DNA of 64,000 nt. Origin: Thermoplasmatales archaeon (GTDB lineage Archaea; Thermoplasmatota; Thermoplasmata; Thermoplasmatales; GCA-001856825). Position 1 is the stretch's first letter. Each line of letters begins with the position of its first letter. A model generated the notes under the pieces. That model was not told the origin of the DNA. It searched no databases and saw only the letters and a program-made list of their open reading frames with translations. A program made the position numbers and the translations under genes. This document shows, one piece after another, positions 10,449 through 20,405 of this stretch. The DNA is taken from contig JAVYSX010000001.1 of assembly GCA_038728965.1 (NCBI GenBank), positions 30,586-94,585 of the forward strand, given 5' to 3'.

Positions 10449-10569
10449 AGTTCTTTATGTTGAAGTGTGAAATAACTTTTGTGAATCCCAATAACCCATT
10501 TAGAATGACGATTTATAGACAATATTTATGAATTACGAGGTGATATCGAACCGCATTCTGGGTGAAATC

Positions 10570-11847
10570 ATGATGCAACAACCCAAAAATGAAAATAAGA
10601 ATGAAGAGTTGGACCCATTTAAGATTGCACAGAAACAATTGGATGAAGCTGCCAAAATTATGAACCTAGACCCGCAGGCCCATGCGATTCTGAGGGAACC
10701 CCAAAGCATACTGCAGGTTCAGATTCCGATAAGGATGGACAATGGAACTACAAAGGTCTTTACCGGATTCAGGGTACATTATAACTGGGCTAGAGGGCCA
10801 GTCAAAGGGGGAATCAGGTTCCATCCCCAGGAAAGTCTGTCGACGGTAAAAGCTTTAGCTGCCTGGATGACGTGGAAAACATCTCTGGCAGACATCCCCT
10901 ATGGTGGTGCAAAGGGAGGCATAATTTGCGATCCAAAGTCTATGAGCGCCGGCGAGCTAGAGAGGCTCTCAAGGGGATATGTTAGGGCGATAGGTGAATA
11001 CATCGGACCGGAAATAGATATTCCAGCACCTGATGTTTACACAACGCCTCAGATAATGGCGTGGATGATGGATGAGTACTCTACTATGGTTGGTCACAAT
11101 GCTCCCGGAGTTATAACTGGGAAGCCTCTAGAAATAGGAGGCTCACTCGGCAGGGGAGATGCAACAGCAAAGGGAGGCATGTTCGTTCTCAGAGAGGCGG
11201 CAAAACACCTCAAGATAGACCTTTCCAACGCGACCGTGGCTATACAGGGCTTTGGCAACGCTGGCGAGTTTGCCCACAAGCTTGTTACGGAAATGTTCCA
11301 CTCTAAGGTGGTAGCAGTTTCAGACAGTAAAGGAGGAATCTATAAAAAAGATGGTCTGAACTTTGAGGAAGTAAAGCAGCACAAGATGAAAACAGGCAGC
11401 GTTGTGGGATTCAAGGGTGCGAAGGACATCTCTAACGAGGACCTCCTGAAGCTTGATGTTGATGTCCTTATTCCGGCTGCGCTCGAAAATCAGATAACTT
11501 CCAAGAATGCTTCCAGCATTAAGGCGAAGATAGTTCTTGAATTGGCAAATGGCCCGACTACGCCTGACGCAGACGAAATCCTTGCCAAGAACAAAGTTTT
11601 CGACGTCCCAGACTTCCTTGCGAATTCTGGCGGAGTAATAGTCTCGTACTTCGAGTGGGTTCAGAATATTGGTGGGTACTACTGGGACCTTGACGAGGTT
11701 TATCAGAGGCTTGACAAGAAAATATCCAAGAGTTTCAAGGATACTTTGGAGACGATGCAGAAATATAACACAAATCCTAGGATGGCCGCGTATATCCTTG
11801 CTGTGGACAGAGTTGCAAGGGCTATGAGGACTAGAGGCTGGTATTAG
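10570..11847 (+). CDS. gdhA: glutamate dehydrogenase
   Basis: KGGIRFHP, catalytic GGAKGG and dinucleotide fold QGFGNAG. The tracked ORF starts at 10528, but ATG 10570 has GGTGA 4 nt upstream and a TTTATA box at about 10512, so 10570 is preferred. Confidence 0.9.
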   Translation: MMQQPKNENKNEELDPFKIAQKQLDEAAKIMNLDPQAHAILREPQSILQVQIPIRMDNGTTKVFTGFRVHYNWARGPVKGGIRFHPQESLSTVKALAAWMTWKTSLADIPYGGAKGGIICDPKSMSAGELERLSRGYVRAIGEYIGPEIDIPAPDVYTTPQIMAWMMDEYSTMVGHNAPGVITGKPLEIGGSLGRGDATAKGGMFVLREAAKHLKIDLSNATVAIQGFGNAGEFAHKLVTEMFHSKVVAVSDSKGGIYKKDGLNFEEVKQHKMKTGSVVGFKGAKDISNEDLLKLDVDVLIPAALENQITSKNASSIKAKIVLELANGPTTPDADEILAKNKVFDVPDFLANSGGVIVSYFEWVQNIGGYYWDLDEVYQRLDKKISKSFKDTLETMQKYNTNPRMAAYILAVDRVARAMRTRGWY

Positions 11848-11858
11848 AATATACCGCC

Positions 11859-11880
11859 TTCTTCCTTTTTCTATTTTTTC
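11859..11880 (+). terminator. oligo-T tract, candidate archaeal terminator after gdhA
   Basis: The sequence cttcttcctttttctattttttc lies 12 nt after the gdhA stop and contains two T5-T6 runs. Confidence 0.35.
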
Positions 11881-11951
11881 GATCTTTCCATTCTATTTAT
11901 CATTGAGCTTAAAAGTCGCGCAGAAGCTACCGAAAATGTTTAATTAAAATC

Positions 11952-12353
11952 TTGCTTCTTATTAAAATGGTTGCAGAAAAGAGTATAAGATTCCAGGGAA
12001 AGAACAGAGAAATAAACGAAATAGGATCTGCATTCGCGAGAATGCTCGAAGAGGAGGGCTACAACGTCCAGACAAAGCAGATACCGGGTAGTTTCGTTAT
12101 CCAGGCAAAAAAGGCAGGAATATTGAGGGATATAATTACGGCAGAGAGGGCGTTCACAATAATGATATCTGGTGAGCCAAACGATTTCACCCTGAGGATA
12201 GGTATAGGGAAGCTAATCCAGAATCTTGCAGTTATGGCGGCTGAGGCCATATTGCTCTCGGAACTCTTTCTCGCTGTGGATGTGCCAGAGACTCTCTGGT
12301 CAATTCACGTTGAAAAGGAACTTGTTCGCAAATTTTCTCAGCTGGTTTCCTGA
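11952..12353 (+). CDS. hypothetical protein (133 aa)
   Basis: ORF only. No motif recognised. Confidence 0.4.
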   Translation: MLLIKMVAEKSIRFQGKNREINEIGSAFARMLEEEGYNVQTKQIPGSFVIQAKKAGILRDIITAERAFTIMISGEPNDFTLRIGIGKLIQNLAVMAAEAILLSELFLAVDVPETLWSIHVEKELVRKFSQLVS

Positions 12354-12500
12354 ATTTTGCACCCGCACTCGGCACCTTTACTTTAACATTTTTTCCCTTA
12401 CTTATTAGGTCTAAGGTATTTAATGGCAACGACCATTGAAATCGACATACCCGCTTCGAACTAACGAGGACACAGGCGGGTTGTTTGCATTAACATAGAG

Positions 12501-13073
12501 GTGAGCGGTACGAAAGTTGTAATAGGAGGAATTCCGGGTGTTGGAAAGACAACAGTATTACAGTATCTTACAGATTCGGGAATCGATGTGGAAAACTTTG
12601 GAGATATTATGCTGAAAGAGGCGCTATCCAGGGGCTATGTTGATAACAGAGATCAGATGAGGAAAATGCCGCTGGAACTGCAGCTTGAAATCCAGAAAAA
12701 GGCAGCCGAGTATTTCTCTGAAAAGGAATCTGTAGTTATAGATACGCACCTTTCTGTAAGGACTAAGATCGGGTTCCTCCCCGGCCTTCCCCGGAACATC
12801 CTGGAAATAATCAGACCCGACCTTATAATTTCTCTGGAAGCTGATCCGCACGAAATATTCCTTAGGCGTAGCAATGATAGCACCAGGGCCAGGGACAGCG
12901 AAACAGAAGCTGACATAAAAGCGCATATTGATATGAACAGGATGTATGGAACAGTATATTCTGCTATAGCCGGCTGCGCGCTGATGACCGTAAAAAATGA
13001 AACGAATAAAGCAGAAGATGCCGCGAGGGAAATAATTCTTGCAATAAAAGGAAATGATAATAAAAAATTTTAG
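12501..13073 (+). CDS. adkA: archaeal-type adenylate kinase
   Basis: P-loop GIPGVGKTT at the N-terminus. 190 aa, the size and layout of archaeal AdkA. GTG start preceded by AGAGGTGA. Confidence 0.8.
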   Translation: MSGTKVVIGGIPGVGKTTVLQYLTDSGIDVENFGDIMLKEALSRGYVDNRDQMRKMPLELQLEIQKKAAEYFSEKESVVIDTHLSVRTKIGFLPGLPRNILEIIRPDLIISLEADPHEIFLRRSNDSTRARDSETEADIKAHIDMNRMYGTVYSAIAGCALMTVKNETNKAEDAAREIILAIKGNDNKKF

Positions 13074-14194
13074 ACTAGGGTTTCAGAGGGGGTTCTGCCT
13101 ATCGAAGTGAGATACGTCAGGGCAAGGAACCTGTAGAATACGTGAGCAAACTTAGAGTAAGGCGCATATGCAATGAGCATGAACACAAGTATTAGGTGAG
13201 ATGCATAAACGTAGTATGCACTGATAGTGTTCATCAGTCTCAGTATTTCCAAGGAAAAACCGGTGATTACGATGAGAGAAAGCAATATGATAAAGTACCA
13301 ATCGAAGTATGTTTCAGCCTTCGGAATTTTTTTCGAAATCCTACTTTCGATTGCGATGACTATGCCGGGGAAGATGACTACTAAACCTATGTTTCCTATT
13401 ATATTCTGGGGTTCCCCTATTAGAAGGTGAGAAAATCCTAACAAATGAATTTCAAGGGCTCCTACGAATGTTGCCAAAAGGAGGGCTATGAAACCGTAGA
13501 ACACCAAGATATGAGAGTAGTACCTTGTGTGATTTGATCCGCATCTGTTAAAGTTTGAATGTAAAAGAAAGATCTTCAGGGTAATCAGCGCTGATTTTAA
13601 AAACGGTATTTCACCCTTCTTATCCTCTTTTAATGCTCTATAATATCTCCAAGACCCATAACCCAGGGAAAATATAGCAAATAACCCGACTGCAATTCCC
13701 GCATAGTCCACAAGATTAAACGGTATGAAAGAAGAGTAGTATATTGGCCCCGAATTGGGTATAGAAAGGTGGAAGATATAGTATACAAGGAAGAAAAGGG
13801 CAATCGGGATTATAGTAAATATAGGAATAAACCACTTTTCTCTGAATGCTTTCCCCAGAAAACTTGGCCAAGAGTAATGTGTTATCACAACATTCCTAAG
13901 GGCTGTCATTACGCTGCCTGGTTTCGCATTTCTTGGACACTCCTTGGAGCAATCACCGCACTCATGGCACATCCAGATGTCTGCGTCTTTGAGAAGCCGG
14001 TCCTTTAACCCCCACTGTGACCATATCATCTCCTTCCTCGGAAACGGATTTACATCCGGGCTAAGTGGGCAGGCAACAGTGCATACTGAGCATTGCATGC
14101 AGATCTTTAAATCAGATCCTCCAAATTTGATAACATCCCTTACAAAGGAGCTGTCAAATTTCCCTTCACTTCTGATGACATTTCCGGTAGACAT
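13070..14194 (-). CDS. qmoC: QmoC: HdrC-like 2x[4Fe-4S] domain fused to HdrE/NarI-like haem-b membrane domain
   Basis: CMQCSVCTVACP and CHECGDCSKECP motifs, followed by about 6 TM helices containing His residues. Last gene of the apr-qmo operon. Its stop overlaps the adkA stop tail-to-tail. Confidence 0.85.
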   Translation of the reverse strand: MSTGNVIRSEGKFDSSFVRDVIKFGGSDLKICMQCSVCTVACPLSPDVNPFPRKEMIWSQWGLKDRLLKDADIWMCHECGDCSKECPRNAKPGSVMTALRNVVITHYSWPSFLGKAFREKWFIPIFTIIPIALFFLVYYIFHLSIPNSGPIYYSSFIPFNLVDYAGIAVGLFAIFSLGYGSWRYYRALKEDKKGEIPFLKSALITLKIFLLHSNFNRCGSNHTRYYSHILVFYGFIALLLATFVGALEIHLLGFSHLLIGEPQNIIGNIGLVVIFPGIVIAIESRISKKIPKAETYFDWYFIILLSLIVITGFSLEILRLMNTISAYYVYASHLILVFMLIAYAPYSKFAHVFYRFLALTYLTSIGRTPSETLV

Positions 14195-14196
14195 TG

Positions 14197-16425
14197 CTAG
14201 AGCCCCCTATAAGGATTCGGGCCGAAGGCCTTCACAGTTTTGACAAATTCATTCACTACATTCGATATCCTATTCCAGTCAGATAGTTCCACCTGTTGAA
14301 TCCTAAGACGTTCGGGTTCCAGTGCAAGGTTCTCGAATGTACCTTTGAGACCCTCTAGCCTCAGACTGGCAAGCTCGGATCCCCTTATAAAGTGACATTG
14401 ATAGTCCTTGCCATATTTGCATCCAAGCATTAGAATTCCATCAATCCCGGCAGAGAGCGCATCCGCTATCAAGACTGAATTAACGGAGCCTAGACACCTA
14501 ACTGGGATCACCCTGACTTCGTCAGAGTACTTTAGACCGTTCTGAGCGGCTATGTCAAGTGCAGGGTAAGCATCATTCTCGCATGCAAAGACAAGTATCC
14601 TGAGTTTGTCATCGCTGTCCGGAGCTTTGATAGTTTTTAGCATACTGTGTATTTGCTCAACGGAATATAGGTTGAATGATATTGCCTGAACTGGGCAGGC
14701 GCCCATACATATTCCGCAATCTCGGCATCTAAGCGGATTGTATAGGGGATACGTCTTTTCATCTTCATCAAGAGCCCCAAATGGACACTCCTCCGTGCAT
14801 CTCCTGCATTGAGTGCATCTCTGAAGTGATATCGATATATGATCATTTTCCAGGATACGGGGCGGTTCTACGATCTCCCCCCGTGATGCAAGTTCTACTG
14901 CTTTTATAGCTTTCATCGCTGCTCCCCGCGCATCTTCCATGCATTCGATAATTGTGGATGGTGACTTCACGCTACCCGCTGGGAAAATACCTGTTCTCCG
15001 AGATTCGTAGGGGAAGCAAATATAATGAGATTCTGGGAATCCATCGCTAAGCGTTGGCAATTCTGGACCCTGCCTGTATTTGAGGTTCAAAATCCTCTCT
15101 CCACCGCTGGCGCTGTTTCCCTCTTTGAGTGGCACTGGATTCAGGTGCTCGTAAATGAGGGGGCCAGATTCAGGATGCTCTTCCTTAACATTATAGAGGC
15201 CGTACATGCTAGAGAGCATCCCAACAGCCAGTACAACTCTATTGACGACGAGATCGAAATCCGTGTTCAGTGTTGTGTCCTTGAGCCGCAAAGATACTGC
15301 CCTGCCTTCCGTATCAAACACTATATCTTCTACATCTGCCTTCGCCAGAAAAATTTCGGGATCCCTTTGTACCTTTTTATAGAATTCCTCATATATACCA
15401 AGTGCCCTAATATCTTTGTAAAAAATATATACCTTAGATCCCTTTATTCTTTCCCTTATCACGAGTGCCTCTTTAAGCGAGGTAAGACAGCACACCGTAG
15501 AACAGTAAGGTACATTTTCTGGGTCCCTCTGACCGGCGCATAGGATGAAAGCAAATGACTTCGGCGAATCCTGTGAGTTCAGTTCGCCTTTTTTTCTGCG
15601 GAGGTAAGATTCAAGTTCCAAGTTTGTCATAATTAGAGGGCTCTGCCCGTACTTCATTTTAGTAATTTTTCGGGCATCATATAAATTCCAGCCCGTAGCT
15701 ACTACAATTGACCCTACGTTAAGATTTAACTCCCCGTCATCGCTTCTAACATTTACACTGAACGCTCCGGGCTGACCAGATATGCTCGTAACGGTGCTGG
15801 ATGTCATAACTTTTAAATTTACCATTTTCGACAATTCATCTATCTTTTCAGTCAAGAATTTTTTGGCGTCAATGAGATTTGAATAGGGCGATTGCATGGG
15901 AAGGACCTTACCGTAGAGGTTCAGCTTTCCGCCAAGCTTCTCTTCCCTCTCCACCAAAAACGCATTGTATCCTGCCTTTGAGATTTCAAGCGATGCGGTT
16001 ATACCTGTGATTCCTCCTCCTATGACCAAGATATCCTTCGACCGGCTTAGATCTAGATGAACGGGGAAGGACTTATTTTTTAGAGAAGCAAGCCCCATTC
16101 TGAAATAGTCCTCTGCAATTCCCTGCAAGTCATCGTTGACATCGTGGGACCAGACAACACCCTCCCGCAGATTGACCCTCTCTACTATGGCGTTTTCGAA
16201 CTGAAAATTCTGAATTTTCTCGCGCTGTGTGCAGGCGGCCAGCAGGATCTTGTCCGCCCCATCGGACAGGCACTCTCTGATGATGCCTGTCTCATTGCAG
16301 AGCTGATCGCAGATGTGAGCGGTGACCGAATATTCTTTCTCCGCTATTTCCTTCAGTTTCTGTAGGTCCAATTTTCCTCCAATACCGCATCCTCTGCATA
16401 TGAATGCCCTCATTTTATCGTTCAT
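14197..16425 (-). CDS. qmoB: QmoB: HdrA-like flavoprotein with ferredoxin insert and C-terminal MvhD-like domain
   Basis: FAD fold VIGGGITGITASLE. CTQCRRCTEECP and CRDCGICMGACP. MvhD-like tail (LVFACENDAYPALD...RCLGSV). Start reassigned to the ATG at 16425, which forms an ATGA overlap with the qmoA stop. The tracked extension to 16566 runs inside qmoA. Confidence 0.85.
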   Translation of the reverse strand: MNDKMRAFICRGCGIGGKLDLQKLKEIAEKEYSVTAHICDQLCNETGIIRECLSDGADKILLAACTQREKIQNFQFENAIVERVNLREGVVWSHDVNDDLQGIAEDYFRMGLASLKNKSFPVHLDLSRSKDILVIGGGITGITASLEISKAGYNAFLVEREEKLGGKLNLYGKVLPMQSPYSNLIDAKKFLTEKIDELSKMVNLKVMTSSTVTSISGQPGAFSVNVRSDDGELNLNVGSIVVATGWNLYDARKITKMKYGQSPLIMTNLELESYLRRKKGELNSQDSPKSFAFILCAGQRDPENVPYCSTVCCLTSLKEALVIRERIKGSKVYIFYKDIRALGIYEEFYKKVQRDPEIFLAKADVEDIVFDTEGRAVSLRLKDTTLNTDFDLVVNRVVLAVGMLSSMYGLYNVKEEHPESGPLIYEHLNPVPLKEGNSASGGERILNLKYRQGPELPTLSDGFPESHYICFPYESRRTGIFPAGSVKSPSTIIECMEDARGAAMKAIKAVELASRGEIVEPPRILENDHISISLQRCTQCRRCTEECPFGALDEDEKTYPLYNPLRCRDCGICMGACPVQAISFNLYSVEQIHSMLKTIKAPDSDDKLRILVFACENDAYPALDIAAQNGLKYSDEVRVIPVRCLGSVNSVLIADALSAGIDGILMLGCKYGKDYQCHFIRGSELASLRLEGLKGTFENLALEPERLRIQQVELSDWNRISNVVNEFVKTVKAFGPNPYRGL

Positions 16426-17669
16426 TTGCCACCCCTCACACTCACAACCTTTTGAAGCGCCTTCAAAACGGCCCCTGCCGCTGTCTCGTTCGACTGTCTC
16501 ACGTCCATAGGCCTGACAGCTACACCAGAACCGTAGATACCGTCCTGATCCACAACAAACCCCCATTCATCGTATAGAACTCCCTCTATCCTCTCTTCCT
16601 TGCCTTCAGGCTGCATCCCCGTCGCGAGAACAACAAGGTCAAATTCCTTCGTCACTTTTCTACCAGCTACTGTGTCTTCCACACGAACAAGAAGATTCCC
16701 TTTCTCGTTGCCGACAACCCTTGTTACCCTCCCCCTTGTAAACTTTACTGCACTATCCCCCCTGATCCTTCTCAGGAAATTTTCATTTAGGCCGTATGCC
16801 CGGATGTCAATGTAAAATATCTCTATCTCAGAATCAGGGCACTGTTCACGTATGTAGAGAGCCTCCTTCATTGAAGAGAGACAGCATATCTGAGAGCAGT
16901 AGGGCAGGTTATTTTCATCCCTCGATCCGGCGCATTGCACAAATGCGACTTTCTTCGGTCTCCTTCCATCGGACAATCTTATTATTTTGCCCTTGGTGGG
17001 TCCGTTGGGGGACGCCATCCTCTCAAGAATTATGTTGGTGATAACGTCTTTGTATTTCCCATAGCCAAGACCATATATATTTGCTGCGTCGTACGGCTTC
17101 CATCCCGTTGCTATTATAACTGACTTAGATACAACTTTAATTGCATCTTCCTTTTGGTCAAGATCTATGGCACCATATGGGCAGGCTTCAACACATTTTG
17201 AGCACTCCTTCCCCTTGCAGTATTCTCCGTCTATTGCGTACATTGATGGGTACGCGTATGGGCTTGGAAGATAGACGGCTTTAGTGCTCCCTAGCGACAG
17301 ATTAAAAGTATCAGGCCTCTCTACCGGACATACAGATACGCACTCTCCGCATGCGGTACACCTGTTGTTCACATATCTCGGCTTTATCAATATTCTGGAA
17401 TCGAAATAATCCCCGTCCCTAACTATGTTTTGAACGTGAGCATTCGTAAGGAGAACTATATTACCGAGCGTTTTCATCGTTTTTGTATATATCTCGAGGC
17501 CGCACTGAGGAGGGCACATCTTTGGAAAATATTTGAAAAGCTGGACTACGCGTCCTCCTATGTAAGGATTCTTCTCTGCCAATGCAACAGTAAGACCGAA
17601 TTCAGCAGCTTCAAGGGATGCAGTGATTCCTGAAGGACCCCCGCCTACAACGAGCAGATCAACATTCAA
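16422..17669 (-). CDS. qmoA: QmoA: HdrA-like FAD/FeS flavoprotein
   Basis: LLVVGGGPSGITASLEAA at residue 5. CTACGECVSVCP and CSKCVEACP. TTG start with GGTGA 6 nt upstream. Confidence 0.85.
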   Translation of the reverse strand: MNVDLLVVGGGPSGITASLEAAEFGLTVALAEKNPYIGGRVVQLFKYFPKMCPPQCGLEIYTKTMKTLGNIVLLTNAHVQNIVRDGDYFDSRILIKPRYVNNRCTACGECVSVCPVERPDTFNLSLGSTKAVYLPSPYAYPSMYAIDGEYCKGKECSKCVEACPYGAIDLDQKEDAIKVVSKSVIIATGWKPYDAANIYGLGYGKYKDVITNIILERMASPNGPTKGKIIRLSDGRRPKKVAFVQCAGSRDENNLPYCSQICCLSSMKEALYIREQCPDSEIEIFYIDIRAYGLNENFLRRIRGDSAVKFTRGRVTRVVGNEKGNLLVRVEDTVAGRKVTKEFDLVVLATGMQPEGKEERIEGVLYDEWGFVVDQDGIYGSGVAVRPMDVRQSNETAAGAVLKALQKVVSVRGGK

Positions 17670-17696
17670 AACATGTCACCGAAGGGGAAAAAATGA

Positions 17697-19637
17697 TCAG
17701 ATGGTGTAATCCGCCACCTGAACGAAAGGCACTTTCTGGATTTCCCAGATTCCGCTCTGTGGATCTTTCCTACCCACCGTGAAACACTTCCATTCGCTGT
17801 CATTAATGTCCGGATAATCTGTCCTGTAATAGTATCCCGGCCACCTCGTTTCCTTCCTAAATTTAAGGTGTTCCATGTGGGCTTCAGCAACGATCACCCT
17901 GTGATGCATTTCCCAGGCCCTCATGAGTTCGTGTAAATTTCTCGCTGCAATTTTCTCCATATCTTCCTTCAGGAAAAAGAGCTTCTTTAGACCCTCATTA
18001 AGCATGTGCTCGTTAGTTCTGAACCAAGTGGATGCTCCTCCCGCGTATTCATCCATTAATTTCTGAAGTCTCCAGAGAGCCTGCTTCGGAAATAGATAAT
18101 TTGGATTCACTTCTTCAGCCGTGGTGGCATTCTTGAACTGATCGTAGATCTCCATAGGGCTATAAATTTTCTTTTTAAGGTCTTCTATCTTAGAATCGTC
18201 AATTTCGACGTCACCCTGTTCAACTGCATACCTTATGGCTTCCTTTCCCGCGATCCTCCCTTCTGTGAATGAACCACTTGAAAATTTATGCGGACTGGCT
18301 CCTGCGTTATCGCCTACGGCGAACAGCCCCTTCACGGTTGTCATCCTGTTGTAGGCGAGAGGAAACAACTTTTTGTATTCATCTGGCATAAGATCCTCTG
18401 GTCCACGAACCCACAAACCTGCGCACCCTGAATGCGACCCCATGAGATATGGTTCAGCAGCAACAATTTCAGATGGTGCTTTTTCAGGCTCTGTGTTCGT
18501 AGCAGCCCAAAGGAGGGCTTGGTCTATCGTCATATCCAAGAAGTCCTCCCACGCATCCTCAAGTAGCTTTTTAGTGTTCTTAGGGTCCCCTGCAGAGAGT
18601 TTCTGCAGAGCTTCCTCGGTTCTCATATATATGGGTCCCCTGCCCTGAACCATTTCCTCTATCATCTGGTGATTTCTGAGCGGTGTAGGAACTGGAGATG
18701 CGTTGGCGTACGGTTTGTATTTCTCTATCGCTGCTGTATTTTCAGTGTAGTCCATTCCATAGGCGTTTGTGGCTCTGCTCTTGAACAGAAGGAACCAGGC
18801 ACCAACTGGGCCGTAGCCATCTTTGAAACGTGTTGGTATGAATCTATGCTCCATCTGAGTTGTGTGCGCTCCCACCTCTATGGCAGCTGCATAACCCGAA
18901 CCCGTGTTGAAAACCGCATACCATATCCTGCCCATGCCCTCCCCTGTGCTTTTTGGTCTGAACAGACCTGTTGCACCCCCAGTTGCTATGATGACAGCCT
19001 TGGACTTGAAGACGTAAAATACAGGATCCCTCACGCTGAAACCTACTGCGCCTGCAACCTTACCTGCATCATTCTTGTCAAGGAGGAGATGCGTTATGAA
19101 GACCCTTTCGAATATGTTATCCTCGCCAATCGCCTTTTTAGCTGCTTCCGCTACTATTGGCTTGTATGATTCTCCGTTTATCATTATCTGCCATCTTCCT
19201 TCCCTTACGTACTTCCCATTTTCGTCTTTCCAGATGGGAAGCCCCCACTTTTCGAACAGGTGAACTGAGTCGTCCACATTTCTAGCATAGTCAATAACGA
19301 GGTCTTCCCTTGACACTCCCATCATATCCAAGGTGACATACCTTGCAAACTCCTCTAGCGTGATTGGTTTATTGTTAGTGAACTGAGATCTTCCAGATAG
19401 CCCTAGGTAACAATTTATTGCGGAAAGACCGTGGGCAACGGCGCCGCTCCTTTCAATTGCAGCTTTTTCAACCAGTGTAACCTTTTTGCCGGCTGCTTTA
19501 GCCCAATAAGCAGCTTCATAAGCCGCACCGCAGCCAGACATACCCCCTCCAATTATAAGTACGTCTGTAGAAATGACCTTCGTTTGGACATCAGAAGCTT
19601 TATAAATTTCTGTTTTTTTATACGACTCTACCGCCAC
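17697..19637 (-). CDS. aprA: adenylylsulfate (APS) reductase alpha subunit
   Basis: 646 aa flavoprotein. DVLIIGGGMSGCGAAYEAAYWAK...SGAVAHGLSAINCYLG is typical of AprA. Immediately downstream of aprB. Confidence 0.9.
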   Translation of the reverse strand: MAVESYKKTEIYKASDVQTKVISTDVLIIGGGMSGCGAAYEAAYWAKAAGKKVTLVEKAAIERSGAVAHGLSAINCYLGLSGRSQFTNNKPITLEEFARYVTLDMMGVSREDLVIDYARNVDDSVHLFEKWGLPIWKDENGKYVREGRWQIMINGESYKPIVAEAAKKAIGEDNIFERVFITHLLLDKNDAGKVAGAVGFSVRDPVFYVFKSKAVIIATGGATGLFRPKSTGEGMGRIWYAVFNTGSGYAAAIEVGAHTTQMEHRFIPTRFKDGYGPVGAWFLLFKSRATNAYGMDYTENTAAIEKYKPYANASPVPTPLRNHQMIEEMVQGRGPIYMRTEEALQKLSAGDPKNTKKLLEDAWEDFLDMTIDQALLWAATNTEPEKAPSEIVAAEPYLMGSHSGCAGLWVRGPEDLMPDEYKKLFPLAYNRMTTVKGLFAVGDNAGASPHKFSSGSFTEGRIAGKEAIRYAVEQGDVEIDDSKIEDLKKKIYSPMEIYDQFKNATTAEEVNPNYLFPKQALWRLQKLMDEYAGGASTWFRTNEHMLNEGLKKLFFLKEDMEKIAARNLHELMRAWEMHHRVIVAEAHMEHLKFRKETRWPGYYYRTDYPDINDSEWKCFTVGRKDPQSGIWEIQKVPFVQVADYTI

Positions 19638-19642
19638 TTAGC

Positions 19643-20110
19643 TCACCTCGATACTGCCCTCTTCTTTACATTAATCTTTTCCGGATCCTTGCACTCGTGC
19701 CCCCCTGCAAGCCCAGGTCCCTTCAGCCCGTCAAAAGAAGGTTGCTCAAACCCCTCGAACGGATTGACAGAATCCCATGGAGTTGTTCTTATCGGGAACT
19801 TGAACCTCAGAATTTTCCCATTCCTGAAGCGCACTGTCCAGAGTATGGAGTCTGTTCCCCTCTTTGGTGTCACTTTCGCGCCCAGAGGGACGAAGTCCGC
19901 GTAACCTCTTGCTTCTATTGCATCTTTTGGACACGTTTTTATGCAGGAGAAGCACTCCCAACACATGTCTGGCTCCTGATTGTAGGCTTTCATCTTGACC
20001 ATGTCGAGCACCATCAGGTCGTTTGGACATATGTATTGGCATGCTGTCCTGGCAAGCGCTTTACAACCATCACATTTCTCCGGATTTACATAAGTCGGCA
20101 TTATCATCAC
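19643..20110 (-). CDS. aprB: adenylylsulfate (APS) reductase beta subunit
   Basis: MPTYVNPEKCDGCK...CQYICPNDLM...CWECFSCIKTCP gives two [4Fe-4S] motifs plus the AprB tail. The start may be the ATG at 20101 rather than 20110. Confidence 0.9.
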   Translation of the reverse strand: MMIMPTYVNPEKCDGCKALARTACQYICPNDLMVLDMVKMKAYNQEPDMCWECFSCIKTCPKDAIEARGYADFVPLGAKVTPKRGTDSILWTVRFRNGKILRFKFPIRTTPWDSVNPFEGFEQPSFDGLKGPGLAGGHECKDPEKINVKKRAVSR

Positions 20111-20405
20111 GATTCCTATAGTCTAGCCTCCCCCTGTTTTTGTGTATTTACTAGACACGAGCAGGCCAGTCTATGCAGTTTGATTCGTGGAAATTATAAA
20201 AGACTATACCTTTATCGGTAAGGCACTCTTACGAACGTGGAATAAAAAAAGACGGGGATTTTACCCTAGACTTGCCGTTTGCTTAGGGGGGCAAATCATT
20301 TATTGATTTCAAAATAGGCGTTTAGCTAAAATTATCGGGTTAATTAACCTTAACTAACTGCTGAAAGTTTTATGAATAAAATACAAATAAAGGTTTGAAA
20401 AGGAT

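Noticed and set aside
12430-12480. TTCGAA-containing segment and CCCGC...GCGGG hairpin upstream of adkA considered as a tRNA fragment or T-arm
   Set aside because: The flanks cannot form an acceptor, D or anticodon stem. The hairpin stem is only 6 bp with a ~20-nt loop. This is not a tRNA.
15025-15543. 172-aa plus-strand ORF antisense to qmoB; similar antisense ORFs in argF (4773-5270), dsrK (26622-27014) and elsewhere
   Set aside because: All lie within confidently assigned genes on the other strand and lack recognisable motifs or initiation signals.
16426-16566. 47-aa N-terminal extension of the QmoB ORF (MGVCCGSGRYLRF...)
   Set aside because: It lies entirely inside the qmoA coding region in another frame. 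The internal ATG at 16425 gives the classic ATGA stop/start overlap and a normal HdrA-like N-terminus.
19697-20221. 174-aa plus-strand ORF and 98-aa minus-strand ORF overlapping aprB
   Set aside because: They overlap a strongly motif-supported gene (AprB with two FeS motifs). No motifs or Shine-Dalgarno sites are present. They are shadow ORFs.
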